Source of the DNA: Candidatus Aminicenantes bacterium | Lineage (GTDB): Bacteria; Acidobacteriota; Aminicenantia; UBA2199 | NCBI GenBank assembly: GCA_011772425.1 | Contig: WVZO01000393.1 | Coordinates: forward strand, 1,615 to 65,614 | Direction: 5' to 3' | Length of the DNA: 64,000 bases | Part shown: positions 17,281-27,465 of the stretch, piece after piece | How positions within the stretch are numbered: the stretch's first letter is position 1 | Layout of the letters: each line of letters begins with the position of its first letter | The notes under the pieces: generated by a model | Told to the model about the DNA's origin: nothing | Databases searched by the model: none | Seen by the model: only the letters and a program-made list of their open reading frames with translations | Translations under genes and position numbers: made by a program

Positions 17281-17300
17281 TGTGAGAATATATTCTCACA
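17281..17300. promoter_or_regulatory. Perfect 20-bp palindrome (operator-like) upstream of the GH89 gene
   Basis: tgtgagaata|tattctcaca lies 67 nt before the ATG at 17367. It is followed by GTACAAAA-type words (tacaaaagtacaaaatacaatgtacaaaacg). Confidence 0.5.
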
Positions 17301-17366
17301 CAAAAATATACAAAAGTACAAAATACAATGTACAAAACGAAATAAGAAATAACCAAAAAAACAGAA

Positions 17367-19655
17367 ATGAAAGTATTTTTAATGAAGCTCTTATTGGTTG
17401 TAAGCGGTTTGTGTTTGCTGATGACCACCTGTGCCCGAACCACACCCGTCACTGATCATTATCGGTATCGGTCTCAGTCTCATCTCAGTGCCAATGGGAA
17501 TACAGGCGAAGGTTTTGTAAAAGCTGCGGATGCCCTATTGAAACGCCTATTACCAGACCATACCCATTACTTTGTCTTTGAATTCATTCCCAAAGAAAAT
17601 GGAAAAGATGTATTTGAGATTGAAAGCAGGGAGGGAAACATTATTATCAGGGGAAACAATGGGGTATCCATGGCTTCCGGGTTGAACTGGTATCTTAAAT
17701 ATTATTGCGGCTGTCATGTTTCACTTAACGCCAACCAGTTAAATTTACCGGAACCTCTGCCGGTGATAAAAGATAAAGTACGCCTTACCAGTCCTTTTCG
17801 ATACAGGAACTTCTTTAATTATTGCACATTTAGTTATACGATGGCCTGGTGGGACTGGGCCAGATGGGAAAAAATGATCGATTATATGGCACTCAATGGT
17901 GTCAATATGCCCCTGGCAATAACCGGGCAAGCAGCAGTGTGGCAGGCTGTTTTACGCAGATTGGGATTTAATGAGGACCAAATACAGGGATTTATTGCTG
18001 GACCAGCCTACTTACCATGGGGCTGGATGGGCAATATCGATGGACTGGGAGGTCCTCTTCCCCAAGGCTGGATAGATAGTCACGTCAACCTCCAGCAGAA
18101 AATATTGGCACGGGAACGAGCGCTGGGCATGACTCCTATTTTACAAGGATTCACCGGCCATGTTCCAGAGGGGATAAAAACGGTATTTCCCCAGGTCAAG
18201 ATTCATCAAACCACGGATTGGGCGGGGATGCCGGGCACCTGGTTTTTAGACCCTCAAGAGCCTCTATTTAAAAAGATTGGCGAGTATTTTATCCAGGAAC
18301 AAACCCGTATTTTCGGTACCGATCATCTATATGATGTTGACTGTTTTAATGAAATTAATCCTCCTACCAATGATCCTACGTTTATTTCTAAAGTAGGAAA
18401 ATCTGTATATGAGAGCATGCAGGCCGCAGACCCGGATGCCGTATGGGTATTTCAAGGTTGGTTTTTGTTCTGGCAGGCAGATTTCTGGAAAGCCCCACAG
18501 GCCAGGGCCCTGTTGGGGGCTGTTCCCGATGACCGCATGCTGGGCCTGGACCTTTACGCCGAATCCAATCCGGTGTGGAAAAAAACCGAAGCCTTTTATG
18601 GAAAGCCCTGGGTGTGGAATGTGTTGTGTAACCTGGGACAAAAGGTTAACATGAGCGGTGACCTGGAGGCCATGCAAAAAAATTTAATTGAGGCGTTGAG
18701 AAGCGAAAAATCCGGGAAATTGCGCGGCATTGGGATGATGATGGAAGGATTCGGTTATAATCCCATCGTACAGGAATTTGTTACTGAAAAAACCTGGAAA
18801 CCTGAAAATGTTAATCTCAACGAATGGGTGACTGCTTATGCGCGGCGAAGGTACGGAAGCAGTGATCCCAGGCTTCAACATGCATGGCAGCTGTTGTTGG
18901 AAGGTCCTTACAGCCGAAACATCACCAATGGATACACATCCATTATATGTTATACTCCTAAATTAAGCCGGTTTGCTCCAACAGGATCCGATCGTTTTGG
19001 TGTCGGTTATAATGCCGCATCCATATCCAGGGCCTGCGAATTACTGTTGAGCTGTTCCCGGCAATTAAAGGATATGCCCACCTATCGCTTTGATGTTACC
19101 CATGTGACCCGGGAAATGCTGAGTAATCTGGCGAATCTACTCAATTATAATACCACCCTGTCCTATAAGAATCAAGATTTAACCGGATTGATTGAAAATG
19201 GGGAAATCTTTTTACAGTTGATTCGGGACCTGGATGAACTGTTGAGCACCAATGAAAACTTTCTCCTGGGAAAATGGATTGCAGATGCCAGGAGATGGGG
19301 TAACAGGGCAGAAGAAAAGGATTTTTACCAATGGAATGCCCGTGCTATTGTTACTATGTGGGAACCGGCCAAGACGAGTCAACTGCGGGATTATGCATCA
19401 AAGCAGTGGAGTGGTCTGTTAAGCGACTTTTATCTCCCCCGCTGGAAACTGTTTTTGGATAGGTTGGCCGAATCGTTGAAAGATAATAAGCGCCTGGATA
19501 AGAAGAAATTTTTTAACGATTTAAAAGAGATGGAACTGCGGTGGATTCAGCAAACAGACAATTATCCATCCCAACCCAACGGCAATACCCTGGAAGTGGC
19601 GCACCGGCTCTTTAAAAAGTATATCCCCTATTATAATAACTCTAATAAAAAATGA
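17367..19655 (+). CDS. Secreted alpha-N-acetylglucosaminidase (NAGLU, GH89 family)
   Basis: A signal peptide is followed by the NAGLU N-terminal domain (FEIESREGNIIIRGNNGVSMASGLNWYLKYYCG). The TIM-barrel core is WDWARWEKMIDYMALNGVNMPLAITGQAAVWQ and GPAYLPWGWMGN. Confidence 0.88.
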   Translation: MKVFLMKLLLVVSGLCLLMTTCARTTPVTDHYRYRSQSHLSANGNTGEGFVKAADALLKRLLPDHTHYFVFEFIPKENGKDVFEIESREGNIIIRGNNGVSMASGLNWYLKYYCGCHVSLNANQLNLPEPLPVIKDKVRLTSPFRYRNFFNYCTFSYTMAWWDWARWEKMIDYMALNGVNMPLAITGQAAVWQAVLRRLGFNEDQIQGFIAGPAYLPWGWMGNIDGLGGPLPQGWIDSHVNLQQKILARERALGMTPILQGFTGHVPEGIKTVFPQVKIHQTTDWAGMPGTWFLDPQEPLFKKIGEYFIQEQTRIFGTDHLYDVDCFNEINPPTNDPTFISKVGKSVYESMQAADPDAVWVFQGWFLFWQADFWKAPQARALLGAVPDDRMLGLDLYAESNPVWKKTEAFYGKPWVWNVLCNLGQKVNMSGDLEAMQKNLIEALRSEKSGKLRGIGMMMEGFGYNPIVQEFVTEKTWKPENVNLNEWVTAYARRRYGSSDPRLQHAWQLLLEGPYSRNITNGYTSIICYTPKLSRFAPTGSDRFGVGYNAASISRACELLLSCSRQLKDMPTYRFDVTHVTREMLSNLANLLNYNTTLSYKNQDLTGLIENGEIFLQLIRDLDELLSTNENFLLGKWIADARRWGNRAEEKDFYQWNARAIVTMWEPAKTSQLRDYASKQWSGLLSDFYLPRWKLFLDRLAESLKDNKRLDKKKFFNDLKEMELRWIQQTDNYPSQPNGNTLEVAHRLFKKYIPYYNNSNKK

Positions 19656-19743
19656 AAAATAGCTAAAAAAAGGAGATTTAACCATGGATATGAAGATTTA
19701 TTTTCCTGACGAATCTTGATTTGCTTGCTTTATTGGAAATGTA

Positions 19744-19772
19744 TTGTAAGGGGGGTTTATTTGTGCTATAAT
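19744..19772 (+). promoter_or_regulatory. Sigma70-type promoter (TTGTAA-N17-TATAAT, with TG extension)
   Basis: TTGTAA lies at 19744-19749 and tgcTATAAT at 19764-19772, 28 nt before the ATG at 19800. Confidence 0.5.
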
Positions 19773-19799
19773 GTAACGGTTACTACAGAATACATTCCC

Positions 19800-20369
19800 A
19801 TGAAAAATTTGGAATTTAGAATAATAATCAGTTTAATAATATTTACACTTTTTTCCCTGAAAAATGCCGTCAAAGCTGACAATATATCTAGGCAAGCGGA
19901 AACAGATAATCCCGATGGCCTCAAAGCAGCTATTATTGTAAAATTTCCGGAATTTATCAAATGGCCGTCCCATTCTACTGTATCGGACCCTCATTCTCCA
20001 TTCGTCATTGGTGTACTGGGTGATACTCCAATTTTTTCCGTTTTAGGAAGATATGCAAAACACAATAAAATAAGAAGTAAAGAAGTAAAAGTTATTGCTA
20101 TTTCAGATTATTCTCAGATAAAAACGTGCAATCTCCTGTTTATAGCAGCCTGTTCTCGAAAAAAACTTAGAGAAATCCTGCAAGAAATTGATCATATGCC
20201 GATATTAACTATAAGCGACACCAAAAACTACGAAAAAAGAGGCGTGATGATCAATCTCTTTATCTTAGGCGAATATGTAAGATTCAATGTCAATTGTGAA
20301 GCTGCTAAAAAGTGCGGCCTCATGATGACAGCGAAAATGGTAAGATGGGCTAAAAACATTATAAAGTAG
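19800..20369 (+). CDS. YfiR-family (DUF4154) periplasmic protein
   Basis: A signal peptide begins at MKNLEF. The family pattern is LKAAIIVKFPEFIKWPS...FVIGVLGD...LLFIA...ILTISD...GVMINL. I prefer ATG 19800 over the track start at 19716. Confidence 0.75.
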   Translation: MKNLEFRIIISLIIFTLFSLKNAVKADNISRQAETDNPDGLKAAIIVKFPEFIKWPSHSTVSDPHSPFVIGVLGDTPIFSVLGRYAKHNKIRSKEVKVIAISDYSQIKTCNLLFIAACSRKKLREILQEIDHMPILTISDTKNYEKRGVMINLFILGEYVRFNVNCEAAKKCGLMMTAKMVRWAKNIIK

Positions 20370-20376
20370 TATCAAA

Positions 20377-22656
20377 ATGAGACACTTAAGAAACCTTAAA
20401 TTCAAATATAAATTAATCGCAATCATACTGTCGATTACGATAATGACCTTAGCCGTTGCTTTTACCGGCGCTGTCATATATAATCGAATTACGCTCTGGG
20501 AGTATTATAGAGACAACGCGCAAACAACCGCGCGTGTTGTCAGGAATGGCATAATAGGTGCCCTTGCTTTGGGGACTCCAACAGATACAGAGGAGGAATT
20601 AACCCTGATTCTTGCGGATGCCCCGGATATTAAGAATGCTATTGTTTTTGATGAAAATGATAACGTGTATGGACAATATCACCAGGAAAAAACCGATAAG
20701 TTAAAGGCACCGCCGGTTAGTAGAGGCGATGTAACTCAATTTAAAGATGGCTACCTCCATATATTTCGCCCCATATATTATAAGGAGAGGAGATACGGGA
20801 CAATATATTTACGAGTATCAACCGAACAACTGAACAAGCGAATACAAAACCTCATCTTTTCTATGATCGTCATTTTAGTCTTACTTATTCCTATCTCCTT
20901 CTTCCTGGCCTCAAAGCTGCAGGGAATTGTATCCAGGCCTATATTTGATCTGGTTCGTGTAAACAAGGAGGTGTCTTCTGAAGGCAATTATTCCATAAGG
21001 GTTCAGAAGACCTCTAATGATGAAGTAGGAATGTTGTACGACAGTTTCAATGATATGATGGAACAAATTCACAACCGGGATATTCAAAGGGATAAGGTGG
21101 AGAATGAATTAAAAGCAGCGGAATTTTTCTTAAGCAGTATTATGGAATCCATGCCGTCCTCTTTGATCACGATTAACCAGGATGGAATCGTCACCCAGTG
21201 GAATAATTCTGCGGTTAGACTAACAGGAATAGATGCTGTCGAAGCCAAAGGAAAAAATCTGTGGGAGTTATTGCCGGATTTAAAAAAGTATAAAGAGGCA
21301 ATAAATGACGTCTTGCAAACAAACCGCACCATCCAGTTTTATAAAGAACTGGTTGAAATTAGTGGGAATACAATTTATTTGAACGTTATCATATTTCCTC
21401 TTTTGGACATCCGGGCGCCCAAATTTGTTATAATGATAAATAATGTGACGGATCTCGAAGTCAAAGAGCAGCAGCTGCGTCAATCTCAAAAAATGGAAAC
21501 AATGGGGACCCTGGCCGGTGGTCTGGCCCATGATTTTAATAATGTGTTGGGAGGAATTATTGGAACCATTTCATTATTTAAGTATAAAATGTCCAAAAAC
21601 AGGGAAGTCACCAAAAAGGACCTGGAAAAATATTTTACCACCATTGAAGAGTCGGCAAACCGTGCGTCTGATATGGTACAGCACCTGTTGTCACTGACTC
21701 GAAAACAGGAACTCTCTTTTGCACCTACTGACCTGAACTCAATCATTGAGAGTACGGTGAAGATTTGCAGAAATACCTTTGACAAGAGTATAGAGATAAA
21801 TGCCTGGTACCCGGAAGAAAAAGCCATCACATATGCCGATTCCACCCAGATTGAGCAATGCCTTCTCAATTTATGCATCAATGCTTCTCATGCAATGACC
21901 ATTATGAGAAAGGAGGGTGAGAAATTTGGCGGTAATCTAAATATATTCCTGGAACGAGTTCAAGCTGATAAGTACTTTTTTAAGCTGCATCCTGAAGTAA
22001 AGCCGGAAGAGTTTTATTGGACAATTTCTGTCCAGGACACCGGAATCGGAATGAGCCCGCAAACGTTGGGAAAAATATTTGATCCCTTTTTTACTACCAA
22101 AGGGGAAGGAAAAGGCACTGGATTGGGACTAGCAATGGCTTATACTACTATAAAACAGCATAATGGGTTTATCGATGTCTATTCGCAAGAAGGAGTCGGT
22201 ACAACGTTTCATATTTACTTACCTGTTCTCAGGAGCAAATTCATTGAAAAAGATATTAAACTTAAAAAAGTAAAAATACAGCGAGGAGAAGGGTTGATAC
22301 TCGTTATTGACGATGAGCAAGTCATGCGGCAGACGGCAAAATCAATCTTAGAAGAATGCGGATACGATGTTCTCCTGGCTGGTGATGGAGAAGAAGGGGT
22401 GCAGATGTACAAAAAACACCACGGTAGAATTAAAGCTGTGATACTGGATATGGTGATGCCTAAGATGTCAGGCAAACAAGCTTATATCGAACTGTACAAA
22501 GTAAATAAGAATGTAAAGGTTCTTCTGGCTTCGGGTTTTAAACAGGATACCAGGGTGGAATCGATACTGGAGCTGGGAGTGAAGGGATTTATTCAAAAGC
22601 CTTATGGGTTGGTAAATTTAGCTAATTCGATTCACGATGTCATCAACAATCGTTGA
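20377..22656 (+). CDS. Hybrid sensor histidine kinase (2 TM periplasmic loop-HAMP-PAS-HisKA-HATPase-REC)
   Basis: The H-box is LAGGLAHDFNNVLGGI. The N/G boxes are NLCINASHAM and DTGIGM...GTGLGL. The receiver has LVIDDE...LDMVMPKMSG...K. Confidence 0.9.
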   Translation: MRHLRNLKFKYKLIAIILSITIMTLAVAFTGAVIYNRITLWEYYRDNAQTTARVVRNGIIGALALGTPTDTEEELTLILADAPDIKNAIVFDENDNVYGQYHQEKTDKLKAPPVSRGDVTQFKDGYLHIFRPIYYKERRYGTIYLRVSTEQLNKRIQNLIFSMIVILVLLIPISFFLASKLQGIVSRPIFDLVRVNKEVSSEGNYSIRVQKTSNDEVGMLYDSFNDMMEQIHNRDIQRDKVENELKAAEFFLSSIMESMPSSLITINQDGIVTQWNNSAVRLTGIDAVEAKGKNLWELLPDLKKYKEAINDVLQTNRTIQFYKELVEISGNTIYLNVIIFPLLDIRAPKFVIMINNVTDLEVKEQQLRQSQKMETMGTLAGGLAHDFNNVLGGIIGTISLFKYKMSKNREVTKKDLEKYFTTIEESANRASDMVQHLLSLTRKQELSFAPTDLNSIIESTVKICRNTFDKSIEINAWYPEEKAITYADSTQIEQCLLNLCINASHAMTIMRKEGEKFGGNLNIFLERVQADKYFFKLHPEVKPEEFYWTISVQDTGIGMSPQTLGKIFDPFFTTKGEGKGTGLGLAMAYTTIKQHNGFIDVYSQEGVGTTFHIYLPVLRSKFIEKDIKLKKVKIQRGEGLILVIDDEQVMRQTAKSILEECGYDVLLAGDGEEGVQMYKKHHGRIKAVILDMVMPKMSGKQAYIELYKVNKNVKVLLASGFKQDTRVESILELGVKGFIQKPYGLVNLANSIHDVINNR

Positions 22657-22667
22657 TGTTATATGGT

Positions 22668-23873
22668 TTATCCTGATTTTTTTAACACCTCGGCAAAATA
22701 GGCCAATTCTTCCTTTGTCCCCAGTGTCGCACGAATGTATCGCTGTAGTATTAAATCTTCCCCTGGTACTTTGGCGACAATAATCCCATGTTTTTCCAGG
22801 TGATTCATCAACTTATTTGCGGATAATTTTATATGCCGGATCATCATGATATTGGTTTCTGAGTTCATATGAATGATATGGGGAAATTTTTCAATCTTGT
22901 TAATAAAAAATTTTTTACGTTTCGCTACTTTCTGGCGAACCGTTTTCAAGTAATCGATTTGATCGAGGGCGGTACTGGCAAAATCAAAAGAAAATTGGGT
23001 AATGGGGAAATAGGTGCGGTGAATTTTTAAAGCACGTAGAATATCTTCATTTCCGGTCATGGCATACCCTACTCTTAAATTGGCAAGGCCATATCCTTTA
23101 GAAAAGGTTCGTAAAACCATAAGATTTTTATAGTCATGCAACAGAGAGGAAGCAGAGCGAACGCCTTCATCACCATCGGTGTATTCCCCATAGGCTTCAT
23201 CCATTACCACGAAGGCATAATAGTTGGCAGCTACCCTGACAATATCCTCCACCAGGTCCAGGGGAATGAAAGTGCCGCTGGGGTTGTTGGGGTTGGCAAT
23301 CCAGATTAATTTGGGATTTAATCGGCTTAAGATTTTCTTGTATTCAGCAAACGTACTATCTATCCATTCGAAATTGTCTTCTTCTCTTAGATCAAGATAA
23401 ATAGGAACCGCCCCCATTCGCCTGGAGAACTCCTCGAAAAGGTAAAAAGTGGGAGAAGTTACCATAATGCGATCGTTGAGTTCGAGAAAAGAAGAGGCAA
23501 TATGGGCCAGCATCTGCTCGAGACCGGCCGACAGTTGAATCCACTCCGGGAAGATGTTGTGCAGTTCAGCGATCTTTTTCCTTAAATCCAGGCAAATGAA
23601 ATCCGGATAATTCTTCAGAAATTCCCGGATATTGGTCTGGCTGAGTTCTTTAAACCGTTGTTCGATTTCTTCAGCACATCCGTCATTGTTCTGTCCCAGA
23701 TCAAAGCGGTATACTTTATCTAAATTATACCTTTCTTTGAGTATTTTTATATATTCCTGGATATAAAATTCTTTGCTGATATATCCTCCTACGGTTTCGT
23801 AGAGAGCGCGCTGTGTACCGATATTAAAAAATGATTGGGTTTTTATTTTTACTTTCGATTTCATAATAACCAT
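22668..23873 (-). CDS. Class I/II PLP-dependent aminotransferase (histidinol-phosphate aminotransferase-like)
   Basis: The motifs are NPNNPSG, VVMDEAYGEY and LRTFSKGYGLANLRVGY (the PLP lysine motif). Confidence 0.85.
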   Translation of the reverse strand: MVIMKSKVKIKTQSFFNIGTQRALYETVGGYISKEFYIQEYIKILKERYNLDKVYRFDLGQNNDGCAEEIEQRFKELSQTNIREFLKNYPDFICLDLRKKIAELHNIFPEWIQLSAGLEQMLAHIASSFLELNDRIMVTSPTFYLFEEFSRRMGAVPIYLDLREEDNFEWIDSTFAEYKKILSRLNPKLIWIANPNNPSGTFIPLDLVEDIVRVAANYYAFVVMDEAYGEYTDGDEGVRSASSLLHDYKNLMVLRTFSKGYGLANLRVGYAMTGNEDILRALKIHRTYFPITQFSFDFASTALDQIDYLKTVRQKVAKRKKFFINKIEKFPHIIHMNSETNIMMIRHIKLSANKLMNHLEKHGIIVAKVPGEDLILQRYIRATLGTKEELAYFAEVLKKSG

Positions 23874-23930
23874 AATACGTTACTAATATAGTTTATTATA
23901 AATGACATTTTCCTTATTGTCAAATAGAAA

Positions 23931-24662
23931 TCAGGCGTCTTGCAATTGAAGTTTGCCGTTGGTGATATCCGCAACCGCCTGCGCCACCATATTTAAAGAA
24001 GCAAGGGGCACAGCAAGCTTCATCAATACCCCTTTGTCCGTATACTCCCGGCGAACAACCTCCAGGGAGAAGCGATTGACAATCTGCATCATTTCGCCGG
24101 TAAGGTCATAGGGAAAATCCAGTAAGACCTCTTTTTTAATATATGAGGTAATGGTTTCTGCCGTATCGATGACTTTTCGTGCAGCTCCGGCATAAGCTCT
24201 TACCAGCCCGCCAGTGCCAAGTTTGCTGCCGCCAAAATACCGGATGACTGCAGCCAATACATTGAAAAACTCTTTACTTTTGATTTCATTGTAAATGGGA
24301 AGTCCTGCTGTGCCCCCGGGTTCACCGTCATCACTGAAACGGAAATAGTCTTCTTTGCCTTTTCCCAACCGAAAAGCAAAACAGACATGGGTGGCATCAT
24401 GGTACTTTTTCCGAAGTCCGGCAATAAGCGATTCGGCTTCTTCCGGGGTGCTTACCGGGTAGAGATATGAGATAAAACGGGACCCTTTTTCTTTGAGTTC
24501 TTCTGGGCCGCAGGATTTTCCAATGGTTAAAAAGGATTCATTTTCATAAGACATCGCGTATATAATATAGTGATTATTCGCTTCTGTCAATAGAATAATC
24601 TCTTTTTCATTGCCCAGGACTTCCGACCATGCCCGGACCAGTTTTTTATCTATTTGTCTCAC
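23931..24662 (-). CDS. yigZ: IMPACT/YigZ family protein
   Basis: The family signature is KGSRFISYLYPVSTPEEAESLIAGLRKKYHDATHVCFAFRLG...SDDGEPGGTAGLPI. Confidence 0.85.
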   Translation of the reverse strand: MRQIDKKLVRAWSEVLGNEKEIILLTEANNHYIIYAMSYENESFLTIGKSCGPEELKEKGSRFISYLYPVSTPEEAESLIAGLRKKYHDATHVCFAFRLGKGKEDYFRFSDDGEPGGTAGLPIYNEIKSKEFFNVLAAVIRYFGGSKLGTGGLVRAYAGAARKVIDTAETITSYIKKEVLLDFPYDLTGEMMQIVNRFSLEVVRREYTDKGVLMKLAVPLASLNMVAQAVADITNGKLQLQDA

Positions 24663-24792
24663 AATTAGGGTTTCGATGAAAATCTGGAATGTTTACATAA
24701 AAATGCAACAATTTTTTTGAGAGTTGGCAGTAACAGCTCTTGACTTTCTTTGTCTTTTGGTTTATTTTTTTCCTGGAAAACAGGTGAAATCA

Positions 24793-25581
24793 ATGAGGAT
24801 AAAAATGAAAAAAGCTTTCCACATCAATGAGGGGAGTCAAAGGATTACATTTCTTCTTTTATTCATGATATTATTAATGTCTTCTTTGCTGTGTGCTTTT
24901 TGTGACGACAGAACCGGTATAAATGAAGAAAAAGGGTCATTGGCTCAAAAGGATATGCGCCAGGATCGTGAGAGAATGGTGATAATTCTGCGGGCGTATG
25001 GTATAAAAGATAAAGCGGTCCTGGCTGCCATGGCAAAAGTGCGCCGCCATATGTATATACCAATGCAATATCGCTGGCGCTGCAATCCCTATGGTGACTA
25101 TCCCTGCCCTATCGGTCACGGTCAAACTATCTCACAACCCTACATCGTGGCCTATATGACTGAACGAATGAAAGTCAAAACCGGTGAGAAAGTGCTGGAA
25201 ATCGGTACCGGTTCCGGCTACCAGGCAGCCATCCTGGCAGAATTGGGTGCAGAAGTTTACAGCATTGAAATTGTCAGGGAACTGGCAGACCACGCTAAAA
25301 AGGTCTTAAAAGGTGAGGGGTATAGGAAGGTAAAAGTCCTGAGGGGTGACGGGTACAAAGGGTGGCCGGAGCACGCACCCTTTGATGTGATTATTGTAAC
25401 CTGTGCACCGGAAAAAGTGCCGAAAAAACTGGTGGAACAACTTAAAGAAGGAGGGCGAATGATCCTCCCGGTGGGAAAATATTTCCAGCGGCTGGTAATA
25501 TTACGAAAGAAAAAAGGCAAAGTTATCCGTGAAAGCGACCTCAGTGTCCGCTTCGTCCCAATGGTACACGAGAAGAATTAA
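24793..25581 (+). CDS. pcm: Protein-L-isoaspartate O-methyltransferase with an N-terminal signal/anchor sequence
   Basis: The motifs are GQTISQPYIVAYMTE and the SAM motif VLEIGTGSGYQAAILAE. An N-terminal hydrophobic stretch (ITFLLLFMILLMSSLLCAF) is present. I prefer ATG 24793. Confidence 0.88.
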   Translation: MRIKMKKAFHINEGSQRITFLLLFMILLMSSLLCAFCDDRTGINEEKGSLAQKDMRQDRERMVIILRAYGIKDKAVLAAMAKVRRHMYIPMQYRWRCNPYGDYPCPIGHGQTISQPYIVAYMTERMKVKTGEKVLEIGTGSGYQAAILAELGAEVYSIEIVRELADHAKKVLKGEGYRKVKVLRGDGYKGWPEHAPFDVIIVTCAPEKVPKKLVEQLKEGGRMILPVGKYFQRLVILRKKKGKVIRESDLSVRFVPMVHEKN

Positions 25582-25621
25582 CAAGGGAATTTCCTGCGCT
25601 AGAAAACGAATTTCATGGTTT

Positions 25622-25978
25622 TCACTCATAGAGTTCCCGTAAAAATTGAAAATAGGGTTCTGGAGCGTGTTGGATAAATAAGCCGATTTTAGAGTGGAGT
25701 GCGTCGCTTTGGATCCACATGACTCTCCCTTTAATACGAATCCACTGCTCCTGCAATTTCAATTCAAAATCAATAATCTTGTCAAGGGGAAAAAAGTATA
25801 ATGGTATCCTGGTTTGCAGTAAGACGCCTTTGTTAGAGACATTCAGTACGCTGCAGTTTTCATCTTCAAGTTTAGCTGAGAGTCGCTCATCGAAACGTTT
25901 GCTGTTCCGTCTTTCCCGTCTTGGGACTTCAAAATCTTTCTCTGTAATATCTTTTAAATCATCATCTTCATTTATCAT
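25622..25978 (-). CDS. PilZ-domain c-di-GMP receptor
   Basis: RRERRNSKR (the RxxxR motif) and NVSNKGVLL (the D/NxSxxG motif) occur at the expected spacing. Confidence 0.8.
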   Translation of the reverse strand: MINEDDDLKDITEKDFEVPRRERRNSKRFDERLSAKLEDENCSVLNVSNKGVLLQTRIPLYFFPLDKIIDFELKLQEQWIRIKGRVMWIQSDALHSKIGLFIQHAPEPYFQFLRELYE

Positions 25979-26200
25979 ATCGTCTCACCTTTGCACATTT
26001 CCTTCAGTGTATTTATACACAATTTTGAAGAAATTATCAAGTACAAAAATCAAGTTTTTATTTTACCAAATTCTTATCGGCAAATTAGCAAAGATACTTT
26101 AGGATATACGTTCTTTTTTGTGGTTGATTTCCAAAAAAATTTGAAAATCGATCTATTTTATACTAAAATTATCTATTGATTATAACTGGATAAATAAAGA

Positions 26201-26791
26201 ATGATAAAGATATTGATTGTAAACAACGCAGAAAAAGGAATTACAGAATTTGTGGAGCCCATTCGGGAAATCCTGGATGAGGCCGGAGTAGTCTCAGATA
26301 CGATTGAGTATGAAGAAACATTAAATACGAACATGTCCAAATATGACGGCATCATATTAAGTGGTTCACCGCGGGGCAACGATATCGCAGACCATCACCT
26401 CCCCTATTTCCACTGGATAAAAACCTGTGCCATTCCTATCTTTGGATTCTGTGCCGGTCATCATATAACCGGGAAATTGTATGGTGCGGAACTTTTAAGG
26501 AGTGTTGAAAAGGAAGTGGGAGATAATTTTTTGTTTATCGATCGGATGGACCCTATTTTTAACGGATGCCCCAAAAAGTTTTTGGTTCAGCAGAATCACC
26601 ATGATTCCATCACGCTGCCTGAAGAATTCATACTGTTGGCCCATTCACAGGGGTGCAAGGTATCCATGATAAAACACCGGACAAAACCGATATACACCAC
26701 CCAATTTCACCCGGAAATATTAAACAAAAACCTATTTTTTAATTTTATTGGGATTGTAAAAAAACATTCCCAAAATCAACCGAGGAGTTAA
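26201..26791 (+). CDS. Class I glutamine amidotransferase (GuaA-N-like, stand-alone)
   Basis: The nucleophile elbow is IFGFCAGHH and the catalytic His-Glu is TTQFHPE. Confidence 0.85.
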   Translation: MIKILIVNNAEKGITEFVEPIREILDEAGVVSDTIEYEETLNTNMSKYDGIILSGSPRGNDIADHHLPYFHWIKTCAIPIFGFCAGHHITGKLYGAELLRSVEKEVGDNFLFIDRMDPIFNGCPKKFLVQQNHHDSITLPEEFILLAHSQGCKVSMIKHRTKPIYTTQFHPEILNKNLFFNFIGIVKKHSQNQPRS

Positions 26792-26793
26792 AA

Positions 26794-27465
26794 ATGATCA
26801 AAAAATGGTGGTATTTTATTTTGATGTTATCAATTATTGGCGGTCATATTTATGGAGAAGGTGCAAATCCTCACTTAATGTTAAATGACGGTGTGGAAAA
26901 TCTCAATTTTCTCACCCACCTGGAAAAAGAGGTGGTCAGGGAATTGAACCTGGCACGTACCAATCCTGCTGCTTACGCGGAATATATCGAAGATTTCAAA
27001 AAACATTATGTGGGGAAATACATATACGTTGGAGGAGAAACTCAAATCGTTACCCAGGAGGGAGTGCCTGCGGTTAATGAAGCGATTGCTTTTCTGAAAT
27101 CAATAAAACCGGTTCCACTGCTGCGGGTGTCGCGGGGACTTTCCTATGCTGCCAAAGCACATGTAAACGATCAGGGGCCAAAAGGCCTTGTGGGACACAC
27201 TGGAAGCGATCAAAGTACCCCGGCGGCACGCATGAACCGTTTCGGCACAGTAAAAAAGGCCTATGGAGAAGTCATCGAATACGGCAACTGGACGGCCCGG
27301 CGAATTGTGATGGGGTTGATCATCGATGATGGGGTCAAAGACAGAAATCACAGGAAAAATATTTTTAACCCTGTATTCCGGGTAGTGGGAGTTAGTTTCG
27401 GCTCACACCAAAGCTACACCTATATGTGTGTCATTGATTTCGCCGGGGTCTATATCGAGCGGTGA
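26794..27465 (+). CDS. Secreted CAP/SCP/PR-1-like domain protein
   Basis: A signal peptide is followed by the CAP-domain pattern: NLARTNP...AKAHVNDQ...GHTGSD...RNHRKNIFNP. Confidence 0.75.
   Translation: MIKKWWYFILMLSIIGGHIYGEGANPHLMLNDGVENLNFLTHLEKEVVRELNLARTNPAAYAEYIEDFKKHYVGKYIYVGGETQIVTQEGVPAVNEAIAFLKSIKPVPLLRVSRGLSYAAKAHVNDQGPKGLVGHTGSDQSTPAARMNRFGTVKKAYGEVIEYGNWTARRIVMGLIIDDGVKDRNHRKNIFNPVFRVVGVSFGSHQSYTYMCVIDFAGVYIER

Noticed and set aside
17198-17455. ORFs 17198..17452 (-) and 17261..17455 (+) in the region upstream of and overlapping the GH89 start.
   Set aside because: This is AT-rich promoter DNA that includes the 20-bp palindrome. Both ORFs overlap the GH89 signal-peptide coding region and have no start context or recognisable features.
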